Shown: in pieces, positions 8,970-19,473 of the stretch
How positions within the stretch are numbered: the stretch's first letter is position 1
Layout: each line of letters opens with the position of its first letter
From: Sedimentisphaerales bacterium
GTDB lineage: Bacteria; Planctomycetota; Phycisphaerae; Sedimentisphaerales; SM23-30
DNA length: 64,000 bases
NCBI GenBank assembly: GCA_963663805.2
Contig: CAXXMR010000009.1
Span: 160,001 to 224,000 of the forward strand
Reading direction: 5' to 3'
Program-made: the position numbers and the translations under genes
The notes under the pieces: generated by a model
Told to the model about the DNA's origin: nothing
What the model saw: only the letters and a program-made list of their open reading frames with translations
Databases searched by the model: none

Positions 8970-11375
8970 ATGAGATTATATCGGCATATCTTGCTGATAC
9001 TCTTTCTGTTTACCGCCGTTTCCACGGCTGATTTTTCCTCGTCAGATTTCAATCACGACGGCCGGGTTGACACGCAGGACTTGCTCCGGCTCAACAGTCT
9101 ATGGCTCAACGACTGCTGTTTCCTGCCCTGTGATGAAACCGATATAAACCGGGACGGTTTGGTCAATATCGAGGATTTTGCGACCCTGGCTGATTACTGG
9201 CAGACAGAAGATTCCCCGGCTATGGAAATAGCCCACTGGTCGTTCGATGAGGGAACCGCCCTGACCGCTTATGACTCCACCAGCCCCGCCCACAATGCGG
9301 AAATGCGTAATATGAATGGGTATTCATGGTGTGCCGGCCAGCGTGGTTTTGCCTTGAATTTTGAGGGCGACGATTATCTTTCGATTACGGAAGCCGCCCA
9401 GGGGCTAGGCCAATATTTCGTGCGGGATTTCAGTATTTCGGTCTGGCTCAAACAGGGCATACAAAGCCATTGGCAGACGGTAATTGGCATCGAATCCACT
9501 TCACGCTATACGGATTATGGTTTTGAGGGGTTCACCATCGAACTGGAAGAAGGTGTCCCGCTGGTTTATATCGCCTATGCCGACGATACCCGTGAGGTGG
9601 TACGCACTTCGCGAGCTTTGCAGGCGGGCGCTTGGGAGCATTTCGCCGTTGTTCGACAGGGGCCGCTGGTCAGTATTTATCTCAACGGAAAACGGGACAG
9701 CACCCACACTATTACCAGTGCGAACATAAAATTCGATTCCGCCTGGCCCGGCTGCGATGTAATTGGCGCGACCAACGACAGCAGCTTTGGCCCGACAACA
9801 TTTTATCGCGGCAAGCTGGATGATATCCATCTGTATAACTTCGCGATTTCCGAAGAACTGGTTACTAAACTGGCTCGGCAGAATCACGCCTGGCTGCCCA
9901 GCCCCGACGACGGTGAGGCTGATATAGCAATCGACACCGACCTCAGCTGGCAAAAAGGTTTCACAACCCAAACCTATGACTGCCACGATGTTTATCTTGG
10001 GCAGGTCTATAACGATGTCGCTCAGGCAAATCCCTCGACAGCCGGCACCTACAAAGGAAGACAAACCGCTATATGCTATGACCCGCCGACGGATTTATAC
10101 CCGGACCAGACCTACTATTGGCGCATAGACAGCATTTGCGACGGCACAGCGCAAGCTGGCCCAGTATGGCAGTTTGACACCACCGCCGGCAGTTATACTA
10201 CCTCATCCTCATCGAATCAGACCTACTATCGAGCTAACGGTGCTTATGGCCATGACCGGTTCTCATTTGACCAGCTTTATTGCTGGAAGGGGGCTTCCGG
10301 AGCGGGGGCGTGGTGGTGGCAAATTGCCTTCAATGAGCCGCGGCAGGTTGGCTCAATTCTGCATATTTTCGGTGACCACGACAGCCTGTTCCTTAATACG
10401 CCCGGCAGTTATGTTTGGAAGCATAGTTCTGACGGAGCGAATTGGCAAACCCTCAACGAAACATCCGTCGTCGGCAATACCCGTATGTATCGTATCAACC
10501 GTCTGGACGAGTCGGTGACTGCCCGGTTCTTCCGGCTGGAAATTACTTCGGCGACTGGCAGTTATCCGGTTCTGCGTGAAGTTGAATTTTATCCTGAGAC
10601 CGATTCGGCAATCGAGTTTCCTGATTGGCTGGTAGCGGTAGACATTACCGAAAGTTCCGCTATGCCCGGCCCGGCTTTGGGTTTCATAACCCTGGCCCGC
10701 CAGTGTGACGGCTGGGAAGATGCCCCGGTTCAGGAAGTATGGCTGGGCTATTTCAATATGGATTACGTAAGTACCGAGCCCTACCCGACATGTGCGTTTC
10801 TGTCGGGAAGTTATCTGGAATGGTGCCAGCGCAGCCGCTGGCCGTTTGCGGGTTTGCAGGCGGTGGTCGAAAACGGCAATTTGCCGATTTGGGGTTCCTG
10901 CGGCGGTGCTCAGGCCCTGGGTATTCTGCTGGATACCGGTTATGAATCGCCCTGGGATTGCCCCCGTTGCCGCGACCAGTACAATCCTTATTGCCCGATT
11001 TACGGCCATATCGGCTATCTGGACCCGGAAAACCCCGGTCCCTGCGGCGATTACGCCTCGGCGATTCGTGAGGTGGGGCCAACCTACGTGATGCAGGTCA
11101 CCTATGACACGGTCTTTGATGGATTGCCGACAAATTTCCTTGCCAACGAAAGCCACATGGGCCAGCTTGAATATCTGCCTGTCGGTTGGCATTTAATCGC
11201 TCAGAACGGACCCGGCGGATATACGCAGCATCAGTGTTTTCGGCAGGACGACCGTTATATATACGGAGCGCAGTTCCATATCGAGGATTATAATTCGCAG
11301 ACGTGGTACAACTCGCAGATTATCATGACAAATTTCCTCAATCTGGCCCGACAGTGGGGCGGATATCAACCATAA
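8970..11375 (+). CDS. Secreted dockerin + LamG + discoidin(F5/8) + class I glutamine amidotransferase-like protein
   Basis: N-terminal DFNHDGRVD/DINRDGLVN dockerin repeats; AHWSFDE...GKLDDIHLYN LamG; LREVEF discoidin end; IWGSCGGAQ nucleophile elbow and GAQFHIE His-x-Glu. Confidence 0.78.
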   Translation: MRLYRHILLILFLFTAVSTADFSSSDFNHDGRVDTQDLLRLNSLWLNDCCFLPCDETDINRDGLVNIEDFATLADYWQTEDSPAMEIAHWSFDEGTALTAYDSTSPAHNAEMRNMNGYSWCAGQRGFALNFEGDDYLSITEAAQGLGQYFVRDFSISVWLKQGIQSHWQTVIGIESTSRYTDYGFEGFTIELEEGVPLVYIAYADDTREVVRTSRALQAGAWEHFAVVRQGPLVSIYLNGKRDSTHTITSANIKFDSAWPGCDVIGATNDSSFGPTTFYRGKLDDIHLYNFAISEELVTKLARQNHAWLPSPDDGEADIAIDTDLSWQKGFTTQTYDCHDVYLGQVYNDVAQANPSTAGTYKGRQTAICYDPPTDLYPDQTYYWRIDSICDGTAQAGPVWQFDTTAGSYTTSSSSNQTYYRANGAYGHDRFSFDQLYCWKGASGAGAWWWQIAFNEPRQVGSILHIFGDHDSLFLNTPGSYVWKHSSDGANWQTLNETSVVGNTRMYRINRLDESVTARFFRLEITSATGSYPVLREVEFYPETDSAIEFPDWLVAVDITESSAMPGPALGFITLARQCDGWEDAPVQEVWLGYFNMDYVSTEPYPTCAFLSGSYLEWCQRSRWPFAGLQAVVENGNLPIWGSCGGAQALGILLDTGYESPWDCPRCRDQYNPYCPIYGHIGYLDPENPGPCGDYASAIREVGPTYVMQVTYDTVFDGLPTNFLANESHMGQLEYLPVGWHLIAQNGPGGYTQHQCFRQDDRYIYGAQFHIEDYNSQTWYNSQIIMTNFLNLARQWGGYQP

Positions 11376-11397
11376 GTATTTGTAAAGGAACCCTCAA

Positions 11398-12744
11398 GTG
11401 AAACTAAGTGACAGGCAGGAAAAGCTGCTCAAAAACACCTTTCTAGACTATCAGCAGACGCTGGAATTCATTCGCCAGCCGGTAATTATGGAAAAAGCCG
11501 AAGGGCTTTATTACTGGGATACCGAAGGAAAGCGTTATTTTGACGCGATAGGCGGCATTTTTGTGGCATCGTTGGGTCATCGCCATCCTCGGTTGGTTGA
11601 GGCGATGATAAAGCAGATGGAAAAGATTACCTTCGCACCGCCGCTTCATGGCGTGGCCCAGGTTACCCTGGATTTTGTGGAGAAACTGGCATCGGTAACG
11701 CCCGGAAGTCTTAATTATGTAAAGCCTTACAGCGGCGGGTCGGAATCTACCGAGTCGGCGATGAAATTTGTGCGTCAGTATTTTCGTCAGAGCGGCAAAC
11801 CTGATAAATACAAGATAATCAGCCGTTATTTTGGTTATCACGGCAGTACATTCGGGGCAATGTCGGCCAGCGGGACCGGCAAACGCAAAAGCAAGTTTGA
11901 ACCTCAGATGGGCGGGTTTCTTAAAGTCTTTCCGCCAAATTACTTGCGGGACAGATTTTCGAGCTGGGAAGAATGCAATCGGTTTTGTGCCCGGAGTGTT
12001 GAGGATGTAATTATCAACGAGGATCCGGAAACGGTGGCGGCATTTATGGTCGAGCCGGTAGGTAATACGGGGGGGATTATAACGCCGACGGATGAGTATT
12101 TTCAGATAATTCGGCAAATATGTGACAAATATAATGTTATGTTAATTTACGATGAAATCATCACCGGTTTCGGCAAGACGGGTAATATGTTCGCGGCAGA
12201 GACGTTTGGGGTTACGCCGGACCTGCTTTGCAGCGGTAAAGGCTTGTCCAGCGGGATGATACCGATGGGGGCGATGGTTGCACGAGAAGATATGGGGGAA
12301 TGTTTTCTGGGTAGCGGCGGGGATAATGTTCAGTTTGCCCACGGTAATACTTTCGCGGGTCATCCGCTGGCTTGTGCGGTGGGTATTGAAGTTATTAAAG
12401 AGTTGCAGGAAAAGAAGTTAGCGGAGAAGGCGCGGGGGCTTGGCGAATATTTATTTGGGAAACTGGAGAGTTTGAAACAGTATGGCGTGGTGCGTGAGGT
12501 TCGGGGTAAGGGGATTTTGCTGGGTGTGGAGCTGGTGAAGGATACCAAGAGTAATTCGCCGTTCCCGGAATTAGGTCAAGCCCTTAAGCGGACGGCAGTT
12601 ATGAACGGTTTGATTATGCGGGTGGACCCGGATTGGTTCGCGGTGGCGCCTGCTTTGATAGCTGAAAAGAGCGATATTGATGAGATGTTTGAGCTTATAG
12701 AGAAGAGTTTTAAGCAGGCTTTGGAGGAGGTTCGGAAGAAATAA
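11398..12744 (+). CDS. Class III PLP-dependent aminotransferase
   Basis: GTG start; SGGSES, GYHGST, DEIITGFGKTG, SGKG (PLP lysine), HGNTF. Confidence 0.92.
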   Translation: MKLSDRQEKLLKNTFLDYQQTLEFIRQPVIMEKAEGLYYWDTEGKRYFDAIGGIFVASLGHRHPRLVEAMIKQMEKITFAPPLHGVAQVTLDFVEKLASVTPGSLNYVKPYSGGSESTESAMKFVRQYFRQSGKPDKYKIISRYFGYHGSTFGAMSASGTGKRKSKFEPQMGGFLKVFPPNYLRDRFSSWEECNRFCARSVEDVIINEDPETVAAFMVEPVGNTGGIITPTDEYFQIIRQICDKYNVMLIYDEIITGFGKTGNMFAAETFGVTPDLLCSGKGLSSGMIPMGAMVAREDMGECFLGSGGDNVQFAHGNTFAGHPLACAVGIEVIKELQEKKLAEKARGLGEYLFGKLESLKQYGVVREVRGKGILLGVELVKDTKSNSPFPELGQALKRTAVMNGLIMRVDPDWFAVAPALIAEKSDIDEMFELIEKSFKQALEEVRKK

Positions 12745-12952
12745 GCCTCTTTTTTCAGCGCGTTTGAGCCTGAGACGACCGATTTTTGGTGATTTTTAGT
12801 GATTTTTGGACGAATTTAGCGAAAAAAACGCAAAAAAAAAACGATTTTGATTAGCTAAATCTGAAAAAAAACAGCGACAGTTGAGCATTTTATTTGTAAT
12901 AAATCTATAGGTGTTTAGCTTTGGCGTGGCGAACATTTTTTAGGAAAAAAGT

Positions 12953-14794
12953 ATGCACATAATAGACATTTCGATTATAGTAGGTTCATTAGTGTTGGTG
13001 CTAATAGCCGGCTGTTCTCTGGTAAAGCGAGCGGCCCAAAATATTGACTCCTACTTCCTGGGTGGCAATACGCTGCCCTGGTACATGCTCGGCATCTCTA
13101 ACGCGTCGAGCATGTTTGATATATCCGGCACCATGTGGATGGTGACGCTGTTATTTGTGTACGGCCTGAAAAGTGTTTGGATACCCTGGCTTTGGCCGGT
13201 ATTCAATCAGATATTCATGATGGTATATCTGGCTGTATGGTTGAGACGTTCGAACGTCCTGACCGGTGCCGAGTGGATAAAGACGCGGTTTGGTAACCGC
13301 CTGGGCGTGGAGCTATCGCATATATCGGTAGTATTTTTCGCCGTGGTAAGTATGGTCGGGTTCATGGCCTATGCCTTTCAGGGTATAGGCAAGTTCTCGG
13401 CGGTATTTTTGACGGGGGCTCTGCCGTGGGAGCTTACTCCTCATCATTACGCTTTAATAATCATGGGTATCACCGGTTTTTATGTAGTGGCCGGCGGTAT
13501 GTACAGCGTGGTTGTCACCGATGTTATTCAGTTTGTGATTATGGCGGCGGTGTCTGTGGCGATAGCGGTTATCGCGATGAACCGCACAACGGCAGGTGAT
13601 ATTGCCGCGGCGGTGCCGGAGGGCTGGTCGAATATATTCTTTGGCTGGAATCTTGATATAGACTGGTCGGATAAATTCAGTCTGGTCAATGACAAAATCG
13701 CGAGTGATGGTTATTCTCTGTTTACAATATTTTTCATGATGATGCTGTTCAAAGGTGTGCTGGCGAGTTCGGCGGGGCCTGCTCCTAATTATGATATGCA
13801 GCGGGTATTGGCTACCAAGACACCGAAAGAAGCGTCTTTGATGAGCTGGTTTGTGAATGTGGCGTTGTTGTTTCCGCGTTATTTGATGATTGCGGGGATA
13901 ACGATTCTAGGGCTGGTGTTTCTGGTGCCTCAGATGAAGGCCGGCGGCGGCAGTATTGACCTGGAGCGTATGCTGCCGGACGTAATAAATAATTTTATGC
14001 CGGTGGGTATGAAAGGGCTGATGATAGCGGGTCTGCTGGCGGCGTTTATGAGTACGGTATCCTCGACGGTTAATTCGGGGGCGGCTTATGTGAGTAATGA
14101 CATCTACAAGCGTTATATCAACCGCAATGCTTCGCAAAAGAAATATGTGCGTATCAGTTATGTCAGTTCGGTGCTGCTGATTATCGTGGGGATTGCGTTT
14201 GGCTTTACGATTGATTCGATACATGTTATTCTGAGCTGGATTGTTTCGGGCCTTTACGGTGGTTATATCGCTCCGAATGTGCTGAAATGGCACTGGTGGC
14301 GTTTTAACGGTATTGGTTATTTTACGGGTATGGTTTCCGGTATTGTCGCGTGTATCATTTCTTATATTACGCAGGATTACTGGCAGCATCTTCTGCCGGA
14401 TAATAATCCGCTGTATGCTTTTCCGGTGCTGCTGGTGATTAGTACTTTGGGCAGTGTTCTGGGCAGTTTGCTTTCTCGGCCGGAAGACGAGGAAGTCTTG
14501 AAGAGCTTCTATCGTACGGTTAGGCCGTGGGGGTTCTGGGGGCCGATACGCAAAGCGGTTTTGGCGGAAAAAGAGTTTATTGACGATATTAACTGCAAAC
14601 GTGACCTGTTTAATGTGGTAGTAGGTATTATCTGGCAGACTTCGATTACAACCTGCCCGATATTCCTGGTGATTCGCAGTTATCGCAGTCTGGCGTGTAG
14701 TCTGGCGATTGTGGCGGTGACGTCGATTATTTTGAAGTTTAACTGGTATGATAAGATTGACGGAACGGAAGAAGGCATGAGGCATGAGGGATGA
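12953..14794 (+). CDS. Sodium:solute symporter (SSS family)
   Basis: SYFLGGNTLPW, GGMYSVVVTD, YDMQRVL, LLAAFMST; multi-TM. Confidence 0.9.
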   Translation: MHIIDISIIVGSLVLVLIAGCSLVKRAAQNIDSYFLGGNTLPWYMLGISNASSMFDISGTMWMVTLLFVYGLKSVWIPWLWPVFNQIFMMVYLAVWLRRSNVLTGAEWIKTRFGNRLGVELSHISVVFFAVVSMVGFMAYAFQGIGKFSAVFLTGALPWELTPHHYALIIMGITGFYVVAGGMYSVVVTDVIQFVIMAAVSVAIAVIAMNRTTAGDIAAAVPEGWSNIFFGWNLDIDWSDKFSLVNDKIASDGYSLFTIFFMMMLFKGVLASSAGPAPNYDMQRVLATKTPKEASLMSWFVNVALLFPRYLMIAGITILGLVFLVPQMKAGGGSIDLERMLPDVINNFMPVGMKGLMIAGLLAAFMSTVSSTVNSGAAYVSNDIYKRYINRNASQKKYVRISYVSSVLLIIVGIAFGFTIDSIHVILSWIVSGLYGGYIAPNVLKWHWWRFNGIGYFTGMVSGIVACIISYITQDYWQHLLPDNNPLYAFPVLLVISTLGSVLGSLLSRPEDEEVLKSFYRTVRPWGFWGPIRKAVLAEKEFIDDINCKRDLFNVVVGIIWQTSITTCPIFLVIRSYRSLACSLAIVAVTSIILKFNWYDKIDGTEEGMRHEG

Positions 14795-14829
14795 GGCAAG
14801 AGTGAACGGAAGAAGGCATGAGTGAACGG
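14763..14829. repeat. Short tandem and direct repeats at the symporter 3' end
   Basis: GAACGGAAGAAGGCATGAG at 14763-14781 and 14804-14822; heptamers GGCATGA GGCATGA GGGATGA GGCAAGA at 14774-14801. Confidence 0.8.
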
Positions 14830-14857
14830 CTTGGTTTGACCTTTGGTTAGGGCATAA

Positions 14858-14894
14858 TTAACGGTACCGCTTACTGACGTGCGCGGCTCTGATA
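14858..14894. repeat. Dispersed intergenic repeat (REP-like), copy 1
   Basis: TTAACGGTACCGCTTACTGACGTGCGCGGCTCTGATA, 35/37 identical to 44518-44554; followed by a partial copy (TGTGCGCGGCTTTGA). Confidence 0.8.
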
Positions 14895-14920
14895 TGTGCG
14901 CGGCTTTGACAGGTTAGAAA

Positions 14921-16447
14921 ATGAGTGATGATATTAGACTTTTAGAAATGCGGGGTATCGGCAAGAGTTTTTCCGGTACGGTGGTTTTGTCGCAGGTTGA
15001 TTTTGACTTGCGGGCGGGTGAGGTGCATATACTGGCGGGTGAGAACGGGGCGGGTAAGAGTACGCTTATGAAGGTTCTGGGCGGGGTGCATAGCGAACAT
15101 GAAGGCAGTATCGCGGTCAGGGGCGAGTCGGTTAGTTTTCGGAATGTTCAGGATTCGGCTCAGGCGGGGGTGGCGGTGATTCATCAGGAGTTGTCGCTGA
15201 TAGGCTCTTTGAGTATTTATGAGAATATTTTTCTGGGTAAGGAAAAAAGCTCTTACGGCTGGCTCGCTAAGAAAGAGATGATTGAATATTCGCGTCAGGC
15301 TTTGGGGCGGCTGGGTCTGGCGATTGACCCGCGGCGTGCGGTTGAGGAATTTACCATCGGGATTCAGCAGATGATAGAGATTGCCAAGGCGTTAGCTTTT
15401 GACGCTCGGATTATCGTTATGGATGAGCCGACCAGTGCCCTGACCGAGCCGGAAGTAGTGAAGCTGTTTGCGATTATCTCCGGCCTGAAAGAGCAGGGGT
15501 GCGGGATAGTGTATATTTCGCATAAGATGGAAGAGATTTATCAGATAGCTGACCGTATAACTGTATTGCGGGACGGTCAGTATATCGGTACGGAAACGGC
15601 GTCGAATCTGCCGCAGGAAAAACTGATTAAATGGATGGTGGGTCGGGAGCTGGACCAGCGTTTTCCGCGGCATGAAGGTCAGCGGGGTGAGGTGCTGCTG
15701 CGGGCGAAGGATATTTATGTGCCGGGTACGGTTAAGAATCCGGCAGCGCGGGTGGATAAGGTTTCTTTTGAGGTTCATGCCGGTGAGATACTTGGTATTG
15801 CAGGTTTGCAGGGTTCGGGTAACTCTGAGCTGCTGAACGGGATTTTTGGTACATACGGCAGGGCGGTGCGTGGTAAGTATATGATTGACGGTTGCGAGTT
15901 CAGGCCTGACAGTCCGGCTGGGTCTATTGGCAGGGGGATGGCACTGTTGACGAATGACCGTAAGACTACCGGGCTGGTGATGGATATGAATATCGCTGAG
16001 AATGCTACTCTGGCGAGTCTGTCGCGTTTTTCGCCGGGTTATTGGATGAGGCCCGCGGCGGAACACGACGCGGTGCGGAATACGACGGCCCGGCTGAGGC
16101 TCAAGGCGGAGTCAATATTTCAGAACGTGCAAAGTTTGTCGGGCGGTAATCAGCAGAAGGTTGCTTTGGCGAAGTGGGTCGAGACTCGGCCCCGTGTTTT
16201 GCTGCTGGATGAGCCGACGCGCGGGGTTGATGTGGGGGCGAAGCAGGAGATTTATGAGCTGATGAATCAGTGGACCAGTGAGGGGCTGGCGATAGTTTTG
16301 ATAACTTCGGAAATGCCGGAACTGCTGGCAATGAGTGACCGGATTTTGGTGATGCATCGTGGTAAGGCCACGGCGGAGTTTTCGCGTGAGCAGGCGACTC
16401 AGGAAAAGATACTCAGCGCGGCGTTGGGTGAAAGGCAATGTGCATGA
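14921..16447 (+). CDS. Monosaccharide (CUT2) ABC transporter ATP-binding protein, RbsA-like
   Basis: GENGAGKST Walker A, MDEPT, LSGGNQQK, LLDEPTRG; tandem NBDs. Confidence 0.95.
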   Translation: MSDDIRLLEMRGIGKSFSGTVVLSQVDFDLRAGEVHILAGENGAGKSTLMKVLGGVHSEHEGSIAVRGESVSFRNVQDSAQAGVAVIHQELSLIGSLSIYENIFLGKEKSSYGWLAKKEMIEYSRQALGRLGLAIDPRRAVEEFTIGIQQMIEIAKALAFDARIIVMDEPTSALTEPEVVKLFAIISGLKEQGCGIVYISHKMEEIYQIADRITVLRDGQYIGTETASNLPQEKLIKWMVGRELDQRFPRHEGQRGEVLLRAKDIYVPGTVKNPAARVDKVSFEVHAGEILGIAGLQGSGNSELLNGIFGTYGRAVRGKYMIDGCEFRPDSPAGSIGRGMALLTNDRKTTGLVMDMNIAENATLASLSRFSPGYWMRPAAEHDAVRNTTARLRLKAESIFQNVQSLSGGNQQKVALAKWVETRPRVLLLDEPTRGVDVGAKQEIYELMNQWTSEGLAIVLITSEMPELLAMSDRILVMHRGKATAEFSREQATQEKILSAALGERQCA

Positions 16448-17439
16448 CAGGAAGTATGATGAAGGATAAAGCGTGGTTGAGTTCGCCCCTGGCACGGGCG
16501 TTGGCGGCATTGATTATCGTGTTTTTGATAGGCGTGATATTCAACGCTGACGGTGCGTTTTTGAAATGGGGTACGCATCGTGACATGCTTCGGGCGGTAT
16601 CGGTTTATGGCTTGTTGGCCTGCGGGATGACTCTGGTGATAATTACCGGTGGGATTGATTTGTCGGTGGGCAGTATTTTGGGGCTGGTGGCGGTGGCGTT
16701 TTCGCTGTTCAGTATTCATTGGGGGTGGCCTTTGTACGCGGTTCTGGCGGTTTGTCTGCTGGTGGGTGCGGTTTGCGGGGCGGCTTCGGGCGCTCTAATC
16801 TCTCGGTTCAAGATTCAGCCTTTTATCGCGACTTTGGCGATGATGGTATTTGCCCGTGGTCTGGCTAAGTGGGTTTCGGGCGGCCAGAAGATTTCGACGG
16901 CGGTTCAGAAGCCTGATGGTAATTATGAATATGTGCCGGTGCCGGAAGTGTTCAATTTTATCAATTCGCGGGTGCTGGGTGATAATATTTCGGTGGTTAC
17001 GATTATTTTTCTGGTTTGTATGGTGCTTTCGGCGATACTGCTGATTAAGCTGCGTCCGGGCCGGTATATCTATGCGATTGGTGGTAATGAGGAGGCTTCG
17101 CGGCTCAGTGGTGTTCCTGTTAATGCTGTTAAGATAATGACTTACGCTTTAAGCGGGCTATTTTGTGCGGTGGCGGGGATTTGTCAGGCTTGTCAGGAGT
17201 ATCAGGGCGACCCGGAGGCTGGGCAGACCTATGAACTTTCTGCGATTGCGATGGTGGTAATTGGTGGTACCAGTTTACGTGGTGGCCGGGGCGGAATAGG
17301 GCTTACCTTGTTAGGGGTCTTGACAATCGGTTACTTAGAGAAGATACTTAGCATCAACGCTGTTGGGGAGGATAAGCGTCTTATGCTGACCGGTGCGATA
17401 ATCGTTGCGGCGGTGCTGTTCCAGAAGACTAAGAACTGA
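16444..17439 (+). CDS. Monosaccharide ABC transporter permease, RbsC-like
   Basis: GGIDLSVG, PFIATL, YAIGGNEEASRLSG, VVIGGTSL; ATGA overlap with the ATPase stop. Confidence 0.93.
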   Translation: MTGSMMKDKAWLSSPLARALAALIIVFLIGVIFNADGAFLKWGTHRDMLRAVSVYGLLACGMTLVIITGGIDLSVGSILGLVAVAFSLFSIHWGWPLYAVLAVCLLVGAVCGAASGALISRFKIQPFIATLAMMVFARGLAKWVSGGQKISTAVQKPDGNYEYVPVPEVFNFINSRVLGDNISVVTIIFLVCMVLSAILLIKLRPGRYIYAIGGNEEASRLSGVPVNAVKIMTYALSGLFCAVAGICQACQEYQGDPEAGQTYELSAIAMVVIGGTSLRGGRGGIGLTLLGVLTIGYLEKILSINAVGEDKRLMLTGAIIVAAVLFQKTKN

Positions 17440-17474
17440 TAAGGCGAAATGTTATTGCTCAGAAAGGAGCTCTT

Positions 17475-18431
17475 GTGAAGAATTTAGTTAATGTTTTAGC
17501 GACGGCGGTTTTGGTTTGCGGTTTGTTTGTGGGCTGTGAGAAGAAGGCCTCTGAGGAAGGGGCTGTTCCGGACGCAACGAAAAAAAAGGTCATTGGGATG
17601 AGTCAGTGCAATCTGGGAGAGCCCTGGCGGGTGCAGATGAATGCTGATATTAAGAACGCGGTGGATGATTATGATGATATTGAAGTGATTTTTAAGGATG
17701 CTCAGAACGATACTCTGAAGCAGGTTGCTCAGATGGAAGAGTTTATCTCGGCTGGTGTTGATTTGATTATAATCTCGCCGAAGGAGGCGGCACCGCTGAC
17801 GCCGATTGTTGGGCAGGCTTATAAGAAAGGTATTCCGGTTATTGTGCTGGACCGTCGGGTTACGGGTGATGATTATACGTGTTTTATTGGTGCGGATAAC
17901 AAGAAGATCGGCAAGGCCGCGGGTGAATGGATAGTTAAGAAGCTGGGCGGGTCGGGCAAGGTTGTGGAATTGAAGGGGCTGATGACTTCAACGCCGGGTC
18001 AGGATCGTCACAGTGGTTTTCGGGCGGGGATTGAAGGTTCGGGGATAGAGATTATTTTTGAAGCCGATATGAAATGGCTGGAGCCGAACGCTCGCAAGGA
18101 AATGGAGTCGGCGTTGGCTCGTTATGAAACAATAGATTTGGTTTATGCTCACAACGATCCGGGGGCTCATGGTGCCTATTTGGCGGCCAAGGCGGTGGGG
18201 CGTGAGAAGGATATTGTTTTTGTGGGTATTGATGGTTTGGCTCAGGAAGGTCAGGCCTATGTTGCCCAGGGGATAATGTCGGCGAGCTTTGAATATCCGA
18301 CCGGGGGCGGCAAGGCGATTGATACGGCTTTGGAGATTTTCGCCGGCAAAGAAGTTGCCAAAGAGATAACGCTGGGTTCGCGGGTTTTTACGCCGGAGAA
18401 TCTGGCAGCGGGCGGGGAATTTGTTAAGTAG
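17475..18431 (+). CDS. Sugar ABC substrate-binding lipoprotein, RbsB-like
   Basis: GTG start after AAGGAG; lipobox-like FVGC; Peripla_BP motifs (DAQND, IGADN, AHND, VGIDG). Confidence 0.92.
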   Translation: MKNLVNVLATAVLVCGLFVGCEKKASEEGAVPDATKKKVIGMSQCNLGEPWRVQMNADIKNAVDDYDDIEVIFKDAQNDTLKQVAQMEEFISAGVDLIIISPKEAAPLTPIVGQAYKKGIPVIVLDRRVTGDDYTCFIGADNKKIGKAAGEWIVKKLGGSGKVVELKGLMTSTPGQDRHSGFRAGIEGSGIEIIFEADMKWLEPNARKEMESALARYETIDLVYAHNDPGAHGAYLAAKAVGREKDIVFVGIDGLAQEGQAYVAQGIMSASFEYPTGGGKAIDTALEIFAGKEVAKEITLGSRVFTPENLAAGGEFVK

Positions 18432-18462
18432 TTTGGGAAGTAGTAGTAAAAAAGGAAATGAT

Positions 18463-19458
18463 ATGGCTAAGAAGACGATAATTGGTGAACCTTTGGCGAA
18501 TATTCCGTGGCAGGAGCGTCCGGCGGGCAACAGTGCGGTGGTCTGGCGTTATTCTGAGAATCCGGTGGTTCCGCGTGATATACTGGCCTGCTCCAACAGC
18601 GTGTTTAATTCGGCGGTGGTGCCGTTTAAGGGTGAGTTCGCGGGTGTGTTTCGGGTGGACAGTACGACGCGGAATATGCGTATTCACCGAGGTTTTAGTA
18701 AGGACGGGTTTAATTTTGAGCTGGCCCCGGAGCCTATCGCGTGGCAATGTGATGACCCGGAAATCGCGGAGTTTATCGAGTCGTATGACCCGCGGGTAGT
18801 GCCGCTGGAAGGTAAATATTACGTCAACTGGTGTAATAATTATCATGGTTATACGATCGGGATGGGTTGGACTGAGGATTTTGAGACGTTTCATCAGATT
18901 GAAAACGCGTTTGTGCCTTTTAATCGTAACGGGGTATTGTTTCCTCGTAAGGTTAATGGTAAATATCTGCTGCTGAGTCGGCCCAGCGATTCGGGACATA
19001 CGCCTTTTGGTGATGTTTTTGTCAGTCAGAGCCCGGATATGATTCACTGGGGTTGTCATCGTCATGTGATGGGGCCGACGGCGGGCAGTAAGTGTACGTG
19101 GCAGTGTACGAAGGTCGGGGCTGGGCCGGTGCCGATAGAGACTTCGGAAGGGTGGCTGATGTTCTATCACGGAGTTATCACCAGCTGCAATGGTTTCGTT
19201 TACAGTATGGGGGCGGCGCTGCTGGATTTGGATGAGCCGTGGAAAGTGATTTATCGCAGTGAGCCTTATCTGCTCTCGCCACAGAAATTGTATGAGTGTG
19301 TGGGTGATGTGCCGAACGTGGTGTTTCCTTGTGCGGCGCTGACGGATGGGGCGACGGGTCGTATCGCGATTTATTACGGCTGTGCCGATACGGTAACTTC
19401 GCTGGCGTTCTGCTATGTTGATGAGATATTTGATTTTCTTAAGAAGAATTCGTTCTGA
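18463..19458 (+). CDS. GH130 beta-mannoside/mannooligosaccharide phosphorylase
   Basis: [61 protein letters not shown] 18463 after AAAGGA. Confidence 0.92.
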   Translation: MAKKTIIGEPLANIPWQERPAGNSAVVWRYSENPVVPRDILACSNSVFNSAVVPFKGEFAGVFRVDSTTRNMRIHRGFSKDGFNFELAPEPIAWQCDDPEIAEFIESYDPRVVPLEGKYYVNWCNNYHGYTIGMGWTEDFETFHQIENAFVPFNRNGVLFPRKVNGKYLLLSRPSDSGHTPFGDVFVSQSPDMIHWGCHRHVMGPTAGSKCTWQCTKVGAGPVPIETSEGWLMFYHGVITSCNGFVYSMGAALLDLDEPWKVIYRSEPYLLSPQKLYECVGDVPNVVFPCAALTDGATGRIAIYYGCADTVTSLAFCYVDEIFDFLKKNSF

Positions 19459-19473
19459 GAATTGGAGTTGTAG

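Noticed and set aside
14763..14910. Possible CRISPR array
   Set aside because: Repeats are short, irregular and lack unique spacers; no cas genes in the window.
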